Shown in pieces: positions 52,167 through 64,000 of a stretch of DNA of 64,000 bases (positions within the stretch are counted from its first letter, which is position 1; every line of letters starts with the position of its first letter). The stretch spans positions 11,098,001-11,162,000 of the forward strand of contig NC_083437.1 of the NCBI RefSeq assembly GCF_020745735.1. Reading direction: 5' to 3'. Made by a program: the position numbers and the translations under genes. The stretch is from Hemiscyllium ocellatum. Its lineage: Eukaryota. The notes beneath the pieces were generated by a model. It searched no databases. It saw nothing but the letters and a program-made list of their open reading frames with translations, and was not told the origin of the DNA.

Positions 52167-52306
52167 TGATTTGGAGATGCCGGTGTTGGACTGGGGTGTA
52201 CAAAGTTAAAAATCACACAGCACCAGGTTATAGTCCAACAGGTTTAATGTGTGCTTCCAGTTAAACCTGTTGGACTATAACCTGGTGTTGTGTGATTTTT
52301 AACTTT
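52167..52306. mobile_element. Penelope family B fold-back (centre deleted)
   Basis: aaagttaaaaatcacac..ccaacaggtttaa / ttaaacctgttgg..gatttttaacttt; flanks tattccta(t/c)cttg. Confidence 0.85.
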
Positions 52307-52364
52307 ATTCCTACCTTGGGTGTAGTAAAGACCAGCCCAGTTAGTCAGGCAGATTGCATTAGGA

Positions 52365-52635
52365 TGTAGAACATAGAATAGAACACACATAGCTCATGAT
52401 ATTGTGCCAAACAATGACACCAAATTAAACCAATGCCTTCTGCCTGCCTTTGGTCTATATCCCTCCATTCCTTGTTTATTCATGTGTTTATCTAAAAGCC
52501 CATTAAATGCTCCTATCGTATCTGTCTCCACCACTATCCCTGGCAGTAAGTTCCAAACTCCTACCACTCTCTGTGTAAACACTTGCCCGTCACATCTGCT
52601 TTGAGCCCCCCCCCCCCCCACCTTAAATGCAATAG
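52365..52635 (-). mobile_element. CR1 3' end
   Basis: FTQRVVGVWNLLPGIVVETDTIGAF. Confidence 0.9.
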
Positions 52636-53159
52636 ATGGTGCCTTTCGGAAAGGTAAATAGTGGAGATGATCATTTGTGTTGGCCACCAACAGAACTTTA
52701 CCTCCATGTGGGTGTTTGTGAACACAACCTCAGTGGCGTCAATGAAAAAGAAAGTAGGAGCAAGATTGATCCAACATTCCCTCCTTCACATTATTGCACA
52801 TGGCAATATTGGCTCTGTTGCTATTCTGTGGGAGACTTTCACTTAATGATCTCCAACCCCATCCTGGAGTCAGGACATGTATGCTTCACACACAACTGGA
52901 AGATGCCACATTCATTCCTCAGCTGTTAGATGATCTGCCAAATTCTCCGGGATTGTAGGCAGGAAGCACAAAAGGTGGGATTACATTGTCTATGATATTG
53001 GGTGTAAACATAGACCTCAAACACTTTGCAAATGCAAACCGGTGGTCCACCCGCAAGATTGATAGCAAAGTTCATTCCTGAATATAGGAATAAACATCTG
53101 GAAGTGCAAAACTTGCTCCTTGTGCTCAGTTTGCAGCATGGGTGAGAGCTCCAAGGTAA

Positions 53160-53572
53160 ATAATCATAGAGTCCTATAGCACAGAAACAGACCCTCCAGT
53201 CCAATTCAGCCCCATTGACTAGATAGCCCAACCTGACCTATGCCCATTTGCCAGCATTTGACCCATCTCCTTCTAAGCCTACTAATATACCCATCCAGCT
53301 GCTTTGTAGTTGTACCCACCTCCATCACTTCCTCTGGCAGATCGTTACATGTCCACACCACTTTGGTCATAACATTGAGAATAGGAGTTGAGACATCATG
53401 TTGTGACTATACATGACGTTGTTGAGGCCACTTTTGGAATATTGTGTGCAATTCTGGTTGCCCCTGTATAGGAAGGATGCTGTTAAACTTGATAGGATGC
53501 AGGAAAGATTTACTAGAACGTCGCTGGGACTGAAAGGTTTGAACTATAGGGAGAGGGTGGAGAAGCTAGAGT
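53160..53572. mobile_element. CR1 with inverted parts (minus tail 53160-53360, plus RT piece 53360-53572)
   Basis: LLRPLLEYCVQFWLPLYRKD on plus; tail on minus. Confidence 0.75.
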
Positions 53573-53909
53573 TTGCTAAAATCCAGCAGGATACTTGGAA
53601 CTGGTGGTGTAGGCTATTGCTCCTTTCACTGCAGAGAGCTGAAAGGTGGAATCAGCTTTCAGAAACTTCTCGAGTGATGCTGGTGCTGACAATCCCTCTT
53701 CACATCAGCCTATCCCAGTGGTACACTGTTTACAATGTGCCAAATTCCTATCCACTCATGGGAAATAGTAGATATTGCAAAGGGTGAGCTGCCTCTATCA
53801 TGAAGAAGGTTGTTAGATCATAAAATCACAATAATAGAAGCGGAGCACAAGTAAGCCATTCAGCCCATCATGTCTCCTCCTTCATTCATTACGGTCATGG
53901 TGGATCTGA

Positions 53910-54385
53910 GATGCCTGGATGAGTGCAGGTCCAAAAACATTCAAAATGTTTGACACCATCCAGGACAAAGCAGTCCTCTTAATTGGAACCACCTTTACAA
54001 ACATTCAAAGCTTCCACCACTGATGGTCAGTAGCAGCAGTGTGTGCTATCTACAAGATGCACGGCAGATATTCACCAATGTTCCTTAGAGAGAACCTTTC
54101 AAACACATGACCACTTCCATCTAGAAGGACAAGGGCAGCAGGTACCTGCGAACACCAGCCCCAGCAAGTTCCCCTCAAAGCCACTCACCATCCTGACTTG
54201 GAAATATATTGCAGTTCCTTCACAGTCAATGGGTCAAAATCCTGAACTTCCCTCCCTACTGGCATTGTGGATCAACTCACAGCAAGTGGACTGCAGCGAT
54301 TCAAAAATACATCTCACTAACACCTTCACAAGGGCTATCAATGCTGACCAGCTGGTGACCCCATGTGTCAAAAATGAATTTTAAA
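53910..54385 (+). mobile_element. L2/CR1-like LINE 3' end
   Basis: KFPSKPLTILTWKYIAVP. Confidence 0.8.
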
Positions 54386-54399
54386 ATATAGCACTTTCA

Positions 54400-54880
54400 T
54401 GTCTGCCCATTATATCTACTGAGTCTGTTGTAATCAAAATTCTGACTCAGTGGGCCATAAGTATATTCAATGATCTAACCTCCACAGCCACTGTTAAAGA
54501 TAATTCCAAAAACTACCAGTCCTTTGACAACCTTTCTCATCTCTGTCTTTGATGGATGACCCTTCATTTTTAAAATGTGCCCTCCCAGATCCAAATGCCC
54601 CCACAAAAGGAAATAGCCTCTCAGCATCCACCTTGTCAATACCCTCTCAGAATATTTTACTTTTCAATGAAATCACTTCTATAATCTCCAGGGAGTATAA
54701 ACTCCACCTGTTGAAGCATTCCTTACAGCACAATCGCTTCATCCCAAGAATCAGCCAAGTTCCACCTTCTCTGAGCTTATTCAATTCAAGTATATCCTTC
54801 CCTCAGGAAACTGAAAGTGTGAGCTGTGTTCTAGGTATGGTCTGACCAGTGTTTTGTAAAGATGTAGCAAGACTCCATTA
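54400..54880 (-). mobile_element. Old CR1 fragment
   Basis: Degenerate VDAE.LFP, GGHIL and KG.EK motifs on the minus strand. Confidence 0.55.
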
Positions 54881-55670
54881 ATGAAGAGAAAGAGCATGTG
54901 CCCCATTGGTCAAACAACATCAGCATTGCAAGATTACTAAAATCCAATCAGTGTACCTCAACCTAATTACACACGGAGTGAATCTCCTCTGGGATGGTGC
55001 AGGCAATTGAAGCTCGAGAGATGTCAGATGAGGAGTCATCACTATTGGCAGCTGTTGTATAAGGATGTGTGAATCTGACAGTTATTACTGAGGCACGCCT
55101 TAAGATCTTGAAAGAGTAAAATTAACCATCCAAGTCCTCCTCATAGCAACTGTGACAATGTCAGTTACATCAGTGTAGCTTGTATTCAATAGCAAATATG
55201 CCATGAGGTAAAAGTGGTTGGTACCGCCAAATGCATGATGAGCAATTCTGCAGACAAGTTCATATCAAAACAGAGCTTGTGATATGTGAATCCTCATTGT
55301 AAACCACCTTGTTGTATTGAGAATTTTTATCAATATTATTGTGTTCTTCCACTAATTTCTAGAGCTCATTGGTGAGCTATAACATATTCCCAATTGTATA
55401 TGGAAGTGTATTTGCTTGTTCAGCTTCTAGTACCTAATTTGGAAGCTATTTTGTATCTTATGAATTGTTTGCTCCAAGATATGCAGTACTGTATGTTTTA
55501 TTTGGCCCATTCCTGAAATTGGTTCTTCCTCTTCCTCCCACTGGCTGTAGCTTTGATATTGATGCCCAATTTAATTGTACAGCTAGAGCTAAGAGTTCAG
55601 TCGGGCTTTTTATGTTCACTGAGCAAAACCAGGGGAGCAGAATTCTCCAGACAAACCCAGTATACGACAA

Positions 55671-55993
55671 GGGCAGCATGGTGGCTCAGTGGTTAGCTCT
55701 GCTGCCTCACAGCACCAGGAACCCGGGTTCGATTCTAGCCTCAGGCAGCTGTCTGTTTGGGGTTTCTTTCGGTTGCTCCAGTTTCCTCCCATAATCCAAA
55801 AATGTGCAGGTTAGGTGAATTGGTCATGCTAAATTGCCCATAGTGTTCAGCGATGTGTAGGCCAGGTGCAATAGTCAAGGATAAATATAGAGTAATAGGT
55901 TAGGGGAATGGATCTAGATGGGATACTCATTGGAGGGTCGGTGTTGACTTGTTGAGCCAAATGGCCTGTTTCTACACTGTTGGGATTCTATGA
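55671..55993 (+). mobile_element. HE1 SINE
   Basis: Head, partly deleted V-domain, tail. Confidence 0.9.
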
Positions 55994-56849
55994 TCAATGG
56001 GAAGGCTTTAGGAATCATGAGAGATTAACTGGATAAGGAGATAGAATGGGCATAAACAGACACTCAACAGTGCCAGAGAGAGTTCAGCAGCCCTTGCTTG
56101 TGTGAATGAAGATATCTAGCTCAGACTGGAGACATCTGTTTATTGCATGAATATGTAATGACAAGATTAGAATTCAAATATGTGTGTATGTAACCAAAAG
56201 TGTATAAAATAGATGAATTTCTTGTAATCGGCAAAGTTCTATTCCAGCTACTTGAGGATGGATTCTCCCTACAATAGTTTGATTAAACGATGAACTCAAG
56301 ACCCCTGTGGTCAATCATTCATAATACCCAACTATTGTTTTTTGTTCCCTCTGGCAGTTGTCTGTTGTCTGTGTCTCTAATAATCGTCTTCAAATCTTTA
56401 ATTGTTTTTTCATGGATGATTCTCACTGTCTGTGGTTTCAGTTAACTCCTGCAGCTTTTACCACATTTTTAATAATGGATTTCTGACTTACTCTGTGGCT
56501 GGAATAATACATTTTTCTAAATGTCCTACTTCCATTAAACCGTACCTGCTTAACATTCTAGAATGCCACTTTACCACATTAATACTGACTTTGTGAATTC
56601 CCTGTGTCTGCAAACTCGATTTAAATTTCTACTGTGATGCTTATTTTCCTTACTGTGGCCGTGTCTCAAGCGTTTTGCTGTGGTCAGGGTACTCAATTCG
56701 AGGCGTAAGTACTTTTGTTAACTTTTGAATTTCCCAGTCTGCAATCCAGTGCTATTTTTAAAGTTTTCTCTCACCTGTCATTTTTACCTGTTGGAGATTC
56801 TGATATCAGCGCGCTCTCTGGCGAAACCCTGTCTTGGAATTGTTACTAT

Positions 56850-58312
56850 CAATTTAGGTGGCTCAGGGATTGATGGAGTTGCTGATGATTGCAAAAGGAT
56901 AGGACAGGATGTAAATTGGCAACTTGGGCACAGAAATGGCAGATGGAATTTAATCAAGACAATTGCGAGGTGATGCATTTTGGAGGATCAGATGTAGGTG
57001 TGAATATGACTGTAAATGGCAGAACTCTTAGAAATATTAACATAAAGATGGATCAGTGCATACAGGTCCACAGTTCCCTAGAAGTGGCAACACAGGTGCC
57101 CAGGGTGATGAAGAAGGCATATGGCATGCTTACCTTCATCGATCTAGGCATGGAGTGCAAGAGATAGCAAACCATGTTAATAGACAATAGACAATAGGTG
57201 CAGGAGTAGGCCATTCAGCCCTTCGAGCCTGCACTGCCATTCAATATGATCATGGCTGATCATTCCTAATTAGTATCCTCTTCCTGCCTTATCTCCATAA
57301 TTCTTGATTCCACTTTGACAGCACTATCCAACTCTTCCTTAAATGAATCCAGAGACTGGGCCTCCACTGCCCTCTGGGGCAGAGCATTCCACACAGCCAC
57401 CCCACTCTCTGGGTGAAGAAGTTTCTCCTCATTTCTGTCCTAAATGGTCTACCCCGTATTTTTAAGCTGTGTCCTCTGGTTCGGCACTCACCCATCAGCG
57501 GAAACATGTTTCCTGCTGCCAGAGTGTCCAATCCTTTCATAATCTTATATGTCTTAATCAGATCCCCTCTCAGTCTTCTAAACTCAAGGGTAATCAAGCC
57601 CAGTTGCTTCAGTCTTTCAGTGTAAGGTAATCCTGCCATTCCAGGAATTGACCTCGTGAACCTACGCTGCACTCCCTCAATAGCCAGAATGTCTTTCCCC
57701 AAATTTGGAGACCAGAACTGCACACAGTATGTTGCAGCTATATAAAACCCTTGTTAGGCCACATATGGAGTATTGTGTGCAATTTTGGTCACCACACCAC
57801 CAGAAGGATGTGGAAGCTTTGGAGAGGGTGCAGTGAATGTTCACCAGGACAATGCCAGGTCTCGAGGGCCTTGGCTATGAGGAAAGGTTAAAACGACTCT
57901 GATTGTTTTCACTGGAAAGAAAGGAGAGGAGACCTGATAGAGGCCTACACAATTATGAGAGTCATAGATAGGGTAGATAGTCAGAAGCTGTTTCCCAGGA
58001 TTGAAGTTTCAATTACAAGGAGGCACAGGTTCATGGTGAAAGGGGGAAAGTTTAAGGGGGATGTGCGAGGGAGGTTTCTCACACAGAGAGTGGAAGGAGC
58101 TTTGAACACACTGCCAGAGCAGGTGGTGGAAACAGGCACATTGGCGACATTTAACAGGCATCTGGATGGTTACATGAATAGGGAGGGAATGGCAGGATAC
58201 AGAAAGGGCAGGTTTGTTTTATAGTTTAGTTAGGGCATGATGATCAGCACAGGCATAAAGGACCGAAGGGCCTGTTCCTGTGCTGCACTTCTCTTTTGTT
58301 CTTTTAGTTCTT
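56850..58312 (+). mobile_element. CR1 3' fragment hosting an inverted CR1
   Basis: WAQKWQMEFNQDNCEVMHFG..; TRRHRFMVKGGKFKGDVRGRFLTQRV. Confidence 0.9.
57180..57728 (-). mobile_element. Young CR1 3' fragment, inserted antisense
   Basis: QFWSPNLGKDILAIEGVQRRFTR..RNFFTQRV; (attgtct)n tail; atgtt on both sides. Confidence 0.95.
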
Positions 58313-58937
58313 TTTGAATCACTGCCATCCAATGCTATCTGCCATTGGCTTGGAATGACTTATACTTCAATTCTAAGGCATTCCTAACTCTCCTGCTGTA
58401 GTGTGTCTCTTACTGGTGCTAAGATGCTTTTACCATTTTGCCTTGTTGAAGCTTGAGACAAGTTTGTCTTCTGGAGAGTTTCTGAATGTATGGCTCTTCT
58501 TGCAACTGACTATCTGAATGAGCAAGAATCTTCAGTCTGTGTCTAAAGAGATCTTCAGACTACCGTCACTGCTAACACATGGTATGAGGCAGCTAAATGG
58601 GGAATCCATACCGGTGCTCATCATGTTGTATAAGGTTGTCTCGAGTATTACTCTCCATGGGGTCGGGTTCACCACCGTCATTCTCTTTTAGGGTAGGGAA
58701 CTATGGGATCGACATTGTCTGGTGTGATATTGATCTAAAGGGACTAAACTCTTGTCTTAAACAAGACATAGTATATCACATGATAACAACGAAGTAGATG
58801 TGGCAGTGATATAACTGAGGTTATGAGCAGGGCCTGGATGGTAGGTCTTATTCCTTTCAAATCCTAAGCTGTCCTTGCACTGTGCCCACATGACATTGAG
58901 GGGCTGAATGGTCTACTCCTCCTTCTCAATTTTATGT

Positions 58938-59265
58938 TCATAGAATCCCTACAGTGTGGAAATAGACTATTTTGGCCTAACAAGTCCACACCGACCCTCT
59001 GAAGATTATCCCACCCATTGCTTTACATTTCCTCTGACTAATGCACCTAGCCTACATATCCTTGGACACTATGGACAATTTAGCATGGCTAATCCACCTA
59101 ACCTGCACATCATAGGATTGTGGGAGGAAACTGGAGCACTCGGAGGAAACACACGCAGACACGGGGAGAATGTGCAAACTCCACACAGGCAGTCACCTGA
59201 GGGTGAAATCGAGCCTGGGTTCCCAGCACAGTGAGGAAGCAGTGCTAACCACTGAGCCACAGTGC
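58938..59265 (-). mobile_element. HE1 SINE
   Basis: Full length. Confidence 0.95.
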
Positions 59266-59914
59266 TGTGTTCTTAGCTCACTTCTGACAAATAAATGAAT
59301 GTACAGTTTGAAGCAATCATTCTGCTGTCTCGAAGTCCATCTTCAGGATCTTATCTTGAGATTATCACACAATTTTTATAAAAGAATTTCACTCCAGTGG
59401 ATAGAAGGTTGTTATGTAGCACTTTCCTGGGTTAGGTAGGATAGGGGAGGGTAGAGTTTGGGATCACATGATGATGTAATGGAGATTTATTCACCCTATT
59501 GACCTTTTTATGTATTTCCAAAGATTGAAAGACAGTTATTGCCTATAAAATAACTAATGGTTTTTAATTCACAGAGTAGTAACCCTTTCAGACTCTTACA
59601 CCCAAGAGGAAATTCTGGAGATCCCATCAGGCCTGTCAGCAGCAGTAAAGTCTTTGTTTGGATTATTGTGCTCTCTGAAAATGTGTGAGGGCTCTAATAT
59701 AAGAAGTAAGACTTAATTAGAAGCATAATTTCCCCCTGCATTCCACCGTTTATTTCATAAAAAGAAACAGAGAAGTGATTTGTCTCTCAAGCTTCCCATA
59801 GGTGGGCTGCAGGATAATTAGAGAATTCCACTCAGAGTCTGCCCAGTATATTCAATCCATTCTGAACCAAGCTGTCAAAATAGGCCTGAGACAGTCAGAG
59901 GCTCAGACATAGTG

Positions 59915-60342
59915 GAAGGATTTATACTGACTGGAATTTAGAAGCATGAGGGGGAATTGCATGGAATCATACAAAATCCTGTTCAGACTGGACAGGCTAG
60001 ATGCAGAAAGAATGTTCCTGATGTTGCGGAAGTCCAGAACTAGGGGATCACAGTCTAAAATAAGGGGGAAGCCATTCAGGACTGAGATGAGGAAGAATTT
60101 CTTCACTCAGAGAGTTGTGAACCTGTGGAATTCTCTCCCACAGGAAGCTGTTGGGGCCAGTTCATTAGATTATTCAAAAGGGAACTGGACATGGCCCTTG
60201 CGGCTAAAGAGATTAAGGGGTATGGGGAGAGGGCGGGAATAGGATAATGAGATTGCATGATCAGCCATGATCGCATTGAATGTTGGTGCAGGCTCGAAGG
60301 GCCGAATGGTCTACTCCTGCACCGATGTGTCTCTATGTTTCT
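59915..60342 (+). mobile_element. CR1 3' end
   Basis: SRTRGSQSKIRGKPFRTEMRKNFFTQRVVNLWNSLP. Confidence 0.9.
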
Positions 60343-60520
60343 GAGGATACAGAATCATCAAGGTTCCTGTGTTGACATTCATTGTGAAGATTCCCAGAAT
60401 ATTTTGGAAACAATGAACAACAAGATGGAAAGAATATAGAAACGTTCTTTCATCATTGCAAACGTTATTAAATCCGTCGACTTGACTGAATAGGATTACA
60501 AATCATTTAACAAACTCCAG

Positions 60521-60666
60521 TTCGGACTGGTGCATCAGTGTGTGTCAACCATCCTGGCTAATTCATGGCAATCGATTGGTGAAATGGACATTTTGAAAAA
60601 GGTTTCACCACCCCTTCCGAGAGTCTGTCTGCAACAGTTTGTCTTGTGCTATATCATCCCTGACGG
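60521..60666 (+). other. Candidate exon
   Basis: aaactccag acceptor, CGG|GTATGC donor, open frame FGLVHQCVSTILANSWQSIGEMDILKK...IIPDG. Confidence 0.2.
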
Positions 60667-60929
60667 GTATGCAATCCAGAGATTAAATGTATGGTTATTT
60701 TTGGGGCCTGACCAAATACTTTGGCTCACAAATCTCATTTAAAAACCCTTAGTTTTTTTTACAGGTAATAGGTTCTTTTTCAGTCCTTGGACAGATGTAA
60801 TCGTTCATTAGTGAACGAATCTCCATTATATTGTCATGCGATCCTAAAACCATTCCTGGATAGTGGTGCTGAACAACCTTCTAGCTACTGGAGGGAAATG
60901 CCTTGTAAAAATGTATGATGACCTCAAGA

Positions 60930-62620
60930 TAAATGGGGGAGATACTAAATGAGTATTTTGCATTAGTATTCACTGTGGAAAAGGATATGGAAGATATGGA
61001 CTGAAGGGAACTAGATGGTGACATCTTGCAAAATGTCCATCTTACAGAGGAGGAAGTGCTGGATGTCTTGAAATGGGTAAAGGTGGATAAAGCTCCAGGT
61101 GTACCCTAGGACTTTGTGGGAAGCTACAGAAGTGATTCCTGAGCCTCTTGCTGAGATATTTATCTCATCAATAGTCACAGGTGAAGTGCTGGAAGACTGG
61201 AGGTTGGCTAATGTGGTGCCACTGTTTAAGAAGAGTGGTAAGGACAAGCCAGGGAACTATAGACCAGTGAGCCTGACGTCGGTGGTGGGCAAGTTGTTGG
61301 AGGGAATCCTGAGGGACAGGATGTACATGTATTTGGAAAGGCAAGGACTGATTAAGGATAGTCAACATGGCTTTGTGCGTAGGAAATCATGTCTCACAAA
61401 CTTGATTGAGTTTTTTTGAGGAACTAACAAAGAGAATTGACGAGGGCAGAGAGTTAGATGTGATCTATATGGACTTCAGTAAGGCATTCAACAAGGTTCT
61501 CCATGGGAGACTGATTAGCAAGGTTAGACCTCATGGAATACAGGGAGAATGAGCCATTTGGATACAGAACTGGCTCAAAGGCAGAAGTCAGGGGATGGTG
61601 GTGGAGGATTGTTTTTCAGACTGGAGGCCTGTGACCAGTGGAATGCCACAAGGATCGATACTGGGGTCCACTACTTTTTGTCATTTACATAAATGATTTG
61701 GATGCGAGTATAAGAGGTACAGTTAGTAAGTTTGCAGATGACACCAAAATTGGAGGTGTAGTGGACAGCGAAGAGGGTTACCTCAGATCATAGATGGGCC
61801 AATGGGCTGAGAAGAGATAGATGGAGTTTAATTCAGATAAATGCGAGGTGCTGCATTTTGGGAAAGCAAATCTTAGCAGGACTTATACACTTAATGGTAA
61901 GGTCCTAGGGAGTGTTGCCTTGGAGTGCAGGTTCATAGCTCCTTGAAAGTGGAGTCGCAGGTAGATAGGATAGTGAAGAAGGCTTTTGGTATGCTTTCTT
62001 TTATTAGTCAGAGTATTGACTACAGGAGTTGGGAAGTCATGTTGCAGCTGTATGGGACATTGGTTAGACGACCGTTGGAATATTGCGTGCAATTCTAGTC
62101 GCTTTCCTATCGGATAAATGTTGTGAAACTTGAAAGGGTTCAGTAAAGATTTACAAGGATGTTGCCAGGGTTGGAGGATCTGAGCTACAGGGTGAGGCTG
62201 GGGCTGTTTTCCTTGGAGTGTCAGCGGCTGAGGGGTGACCTTATAGAAGTTTACAAAATCATGAGGGTCATGGATAGGATAAATAGACAAAGTCTTTTCC
62301 CTGTGGTTGGGGAGTCCAGAACTAGAGGGCATAGGTTTAGGGTGAGAGGGGAAAGATATAAAAGAGACCTACGGGGCAACTTTTTTACACAGAGAGTGGT
62401 ACGTGTATGGAATGAGCTGCCAGAGGAAGTGATGGAAGCTGTTACAATTGCAACATTTAAAAGGCATTTGGATGGGTATATGAATAGAAAGGGTTTGGAG
62501 GGATATGGGCCGGGTGCTGGCAGGTGGGACTAGATTGGGTTGGGATATCTGGTCAGCACGGACAGGTTGGACCGAAGGGTCTGTTTCCATGCTCTTCATC
62601 TCTATGACTCTATGACTCTG
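60930..62620 (+). mobile_element. CR1 (HER1-like) LINE, RT domain to 3' tail, disrupted
   Basis: WRLANVVPLFKK..NYRPVSLTS..SQHGF..SCLTNLIEFF, KFADDTKIGG, (ctctatga)n tail. Confidence 0.97.
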
Positions 62621-62689
62621 CAAGATCCTGAAGATTGATTGCCTCAAACTATACATTCATTTATTTGTCAGCAGTGAACGAAGAACATT

Positions 62690-63070
62690 AATTCTAGTAG
62701 CAGGAGTAGGCCACTGAACTCCTTGAGCCTGTTCTGCCATTTAGTACAATGATGGCTCATCTCATCTCGACCTCAACTCCACTTTCCTGCCCTATCCATT
62801 ATCCTTCACCCCATTGCTCATTAGAAATCTGTCTATCTCCTTCTTCATTTTACTCAATGTTCTGCCGTCAACCACATCCTGGGAAACTGAATTCCACAGG
62901 TTCGTGACCCTTTTAGAGAAATACCTCCTTCTCATGTCTATTTTACACCTGTCACCCTTTATCCTGAACTATCACCTCTCATTTTCCTCTATCATCTTAT
63001 ATACCTCAATTGGATCTCCTCTTGTTCTTGTAAACTCTAACAAACTTAACCCAAAGCGGCTTAGTCCCCC
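62690..63070 (-). mobile_element. CR1 3' end, decayed
   Basis: aggagtaggcc..gagcctgttctgccat tail type shared with 57200. Confidence 0.7.
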
Positions 63071-63309
63071 CCTCATACGACAAGGCTTTCAGCTCTGGAA
63101 TTGCCTCCAATGCAAGGTAGTCCAGAGCACATATCTCAGTGACTCAGCCTTTCACTATACTAGGAATACAACTCACCCAACTCATAGCACTCACATTAAG
63201 GTTGTTCCTGTGCCTTACTCAAATCAAAACTTGGTCAGATATCTTACTGAACTTCAGACTCAAACCAACCTCTCTTCGAAAGTTAAATGTGGTCACTTTG
63301 AAGAGGAAG

Positions 63310-63690
63310 AACCTGCATTTATATAGCACCTTTCATTTCCTCAGCATGTCCTGCAGCGCCTCAGTGCCAAAGAAGTATTTTGAAGTATATTCACTGTCAG
63401 AACTCCAACAGCCAGCTTGGGTAAAACAAACTTTCACCGAGAGCAATGAATCCAATGAACACATCTCTGTTTCAGTCATTGATTGGGGAATGAACTTTAA
63501 TTATGATTTAGTAAGAAGATCCTCATCTCTTGTTTAAGTTGTTGCATGTTTTTTTTTAACCATCATCAGACAAGGTAGATGGAGCCATCAGTTTAAAATC
63601 TCAGCTGAAAGCTGTGTCTTCTGACAAAGCAGCACTGTGTCAGTTCTGCACTCAGACCTGATCGCTCCAGATTCTGACCTTTTGCTTCAA
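63310..63690 (-). mobile_element. Deu-domain SINE
   Basis: cctgcatttatatagcaccttt tail; ctgacaaagcagcact..cagttctgcact. Confidence 0.7.
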
Positions 63691-63847
63691 CAATAACCCT
63701 CAGCCCTTAGTGAGGGAGTAAGCACTTTACCATGGCTAGTTATTTGGCACACTTTGGATTATTATCATTCTCCTCTTTTTCAAATTATGTTGAATAGGAC
63801 ATGCAATATTTAACAAACTATTTACTCATAGATTTACTTCACAAACG

Positions 63848-64000
63848 AAAACAAAAATTGCTGGAAAAGCACAGCAGGTCTGGCATCTGTGGAGAGAAAT
63901 CAGAGTTAATGTTTCGGGTTGTGTAACCCTTCCTCAGAACTATTAACTCTGATTTCTCTCCACAGATGTTGCCAGACTTGCTCAGCTTTTCCAGCACTTC
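63848..64000. mobile_element. Penelope family C fold-back with hammerhead core
   Basis: Inverted arms; minus strand CTGAGGA-A-GGGTT-ACAC-AACCC-GAAA. Confidence 0.85.

Noticed and set aside
7222-59260. Recurrent ORFs with CGRKPEHPEETHADTGRMCKLHT
   Set aside because: Translations of the HE1 SINE V-domain, not a gene family
62814-63537. 170-aa and 132-aa plus-strand ORFs
   Set aside because: Antisense to decayed CR1 and Deu-SINE sequence; no protein motif
1-64000. CRISPR array or prokaryotic operon/defence system
   Set aside because: Vertebrate repeat landscape; no regularly spaced repeats or dense ORFs

Overview
Eukaryotic, vertebrate non-coding DNA, almost certainly from a shark (elasmobranch), because it is dense in HE1 V-SINEs, their HER1/CR1 partner LINEs and Deu-domain SINEs. 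Much of the window is decayed retroelements: CR1, an L2/CR1-like LINE, RTE, Rex1/Babar, and at least four Penelope-like (PLE) families. One PLE is near full length (RT + GIY-YIG, 44.76-47.16 kb). Many short fold-back PLE termini carry minimal hammerhead-ribozyme cores and have 12-15 bp target duplications. I recognise no host protein-coding gene, and most ORFs in the track are TE-derived or spurious. A CpG-rich promoter-like island (CRE, two CCAAT boxes, E2F/MYB/octamer/CHR-like sites) lies at about 38.6-39.25 kb, with several low-confidence splice-flanked candidate exons on either side. The most striking observation is a ~110 bp local segment with splice acceptor and donor that has been copied into the loop of a PLE hairpin. 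The TE-borne copy keeps an open frame and the better donor, while the original copy is disrupted. Repeat boundaries were estimated by eye and are approximate.
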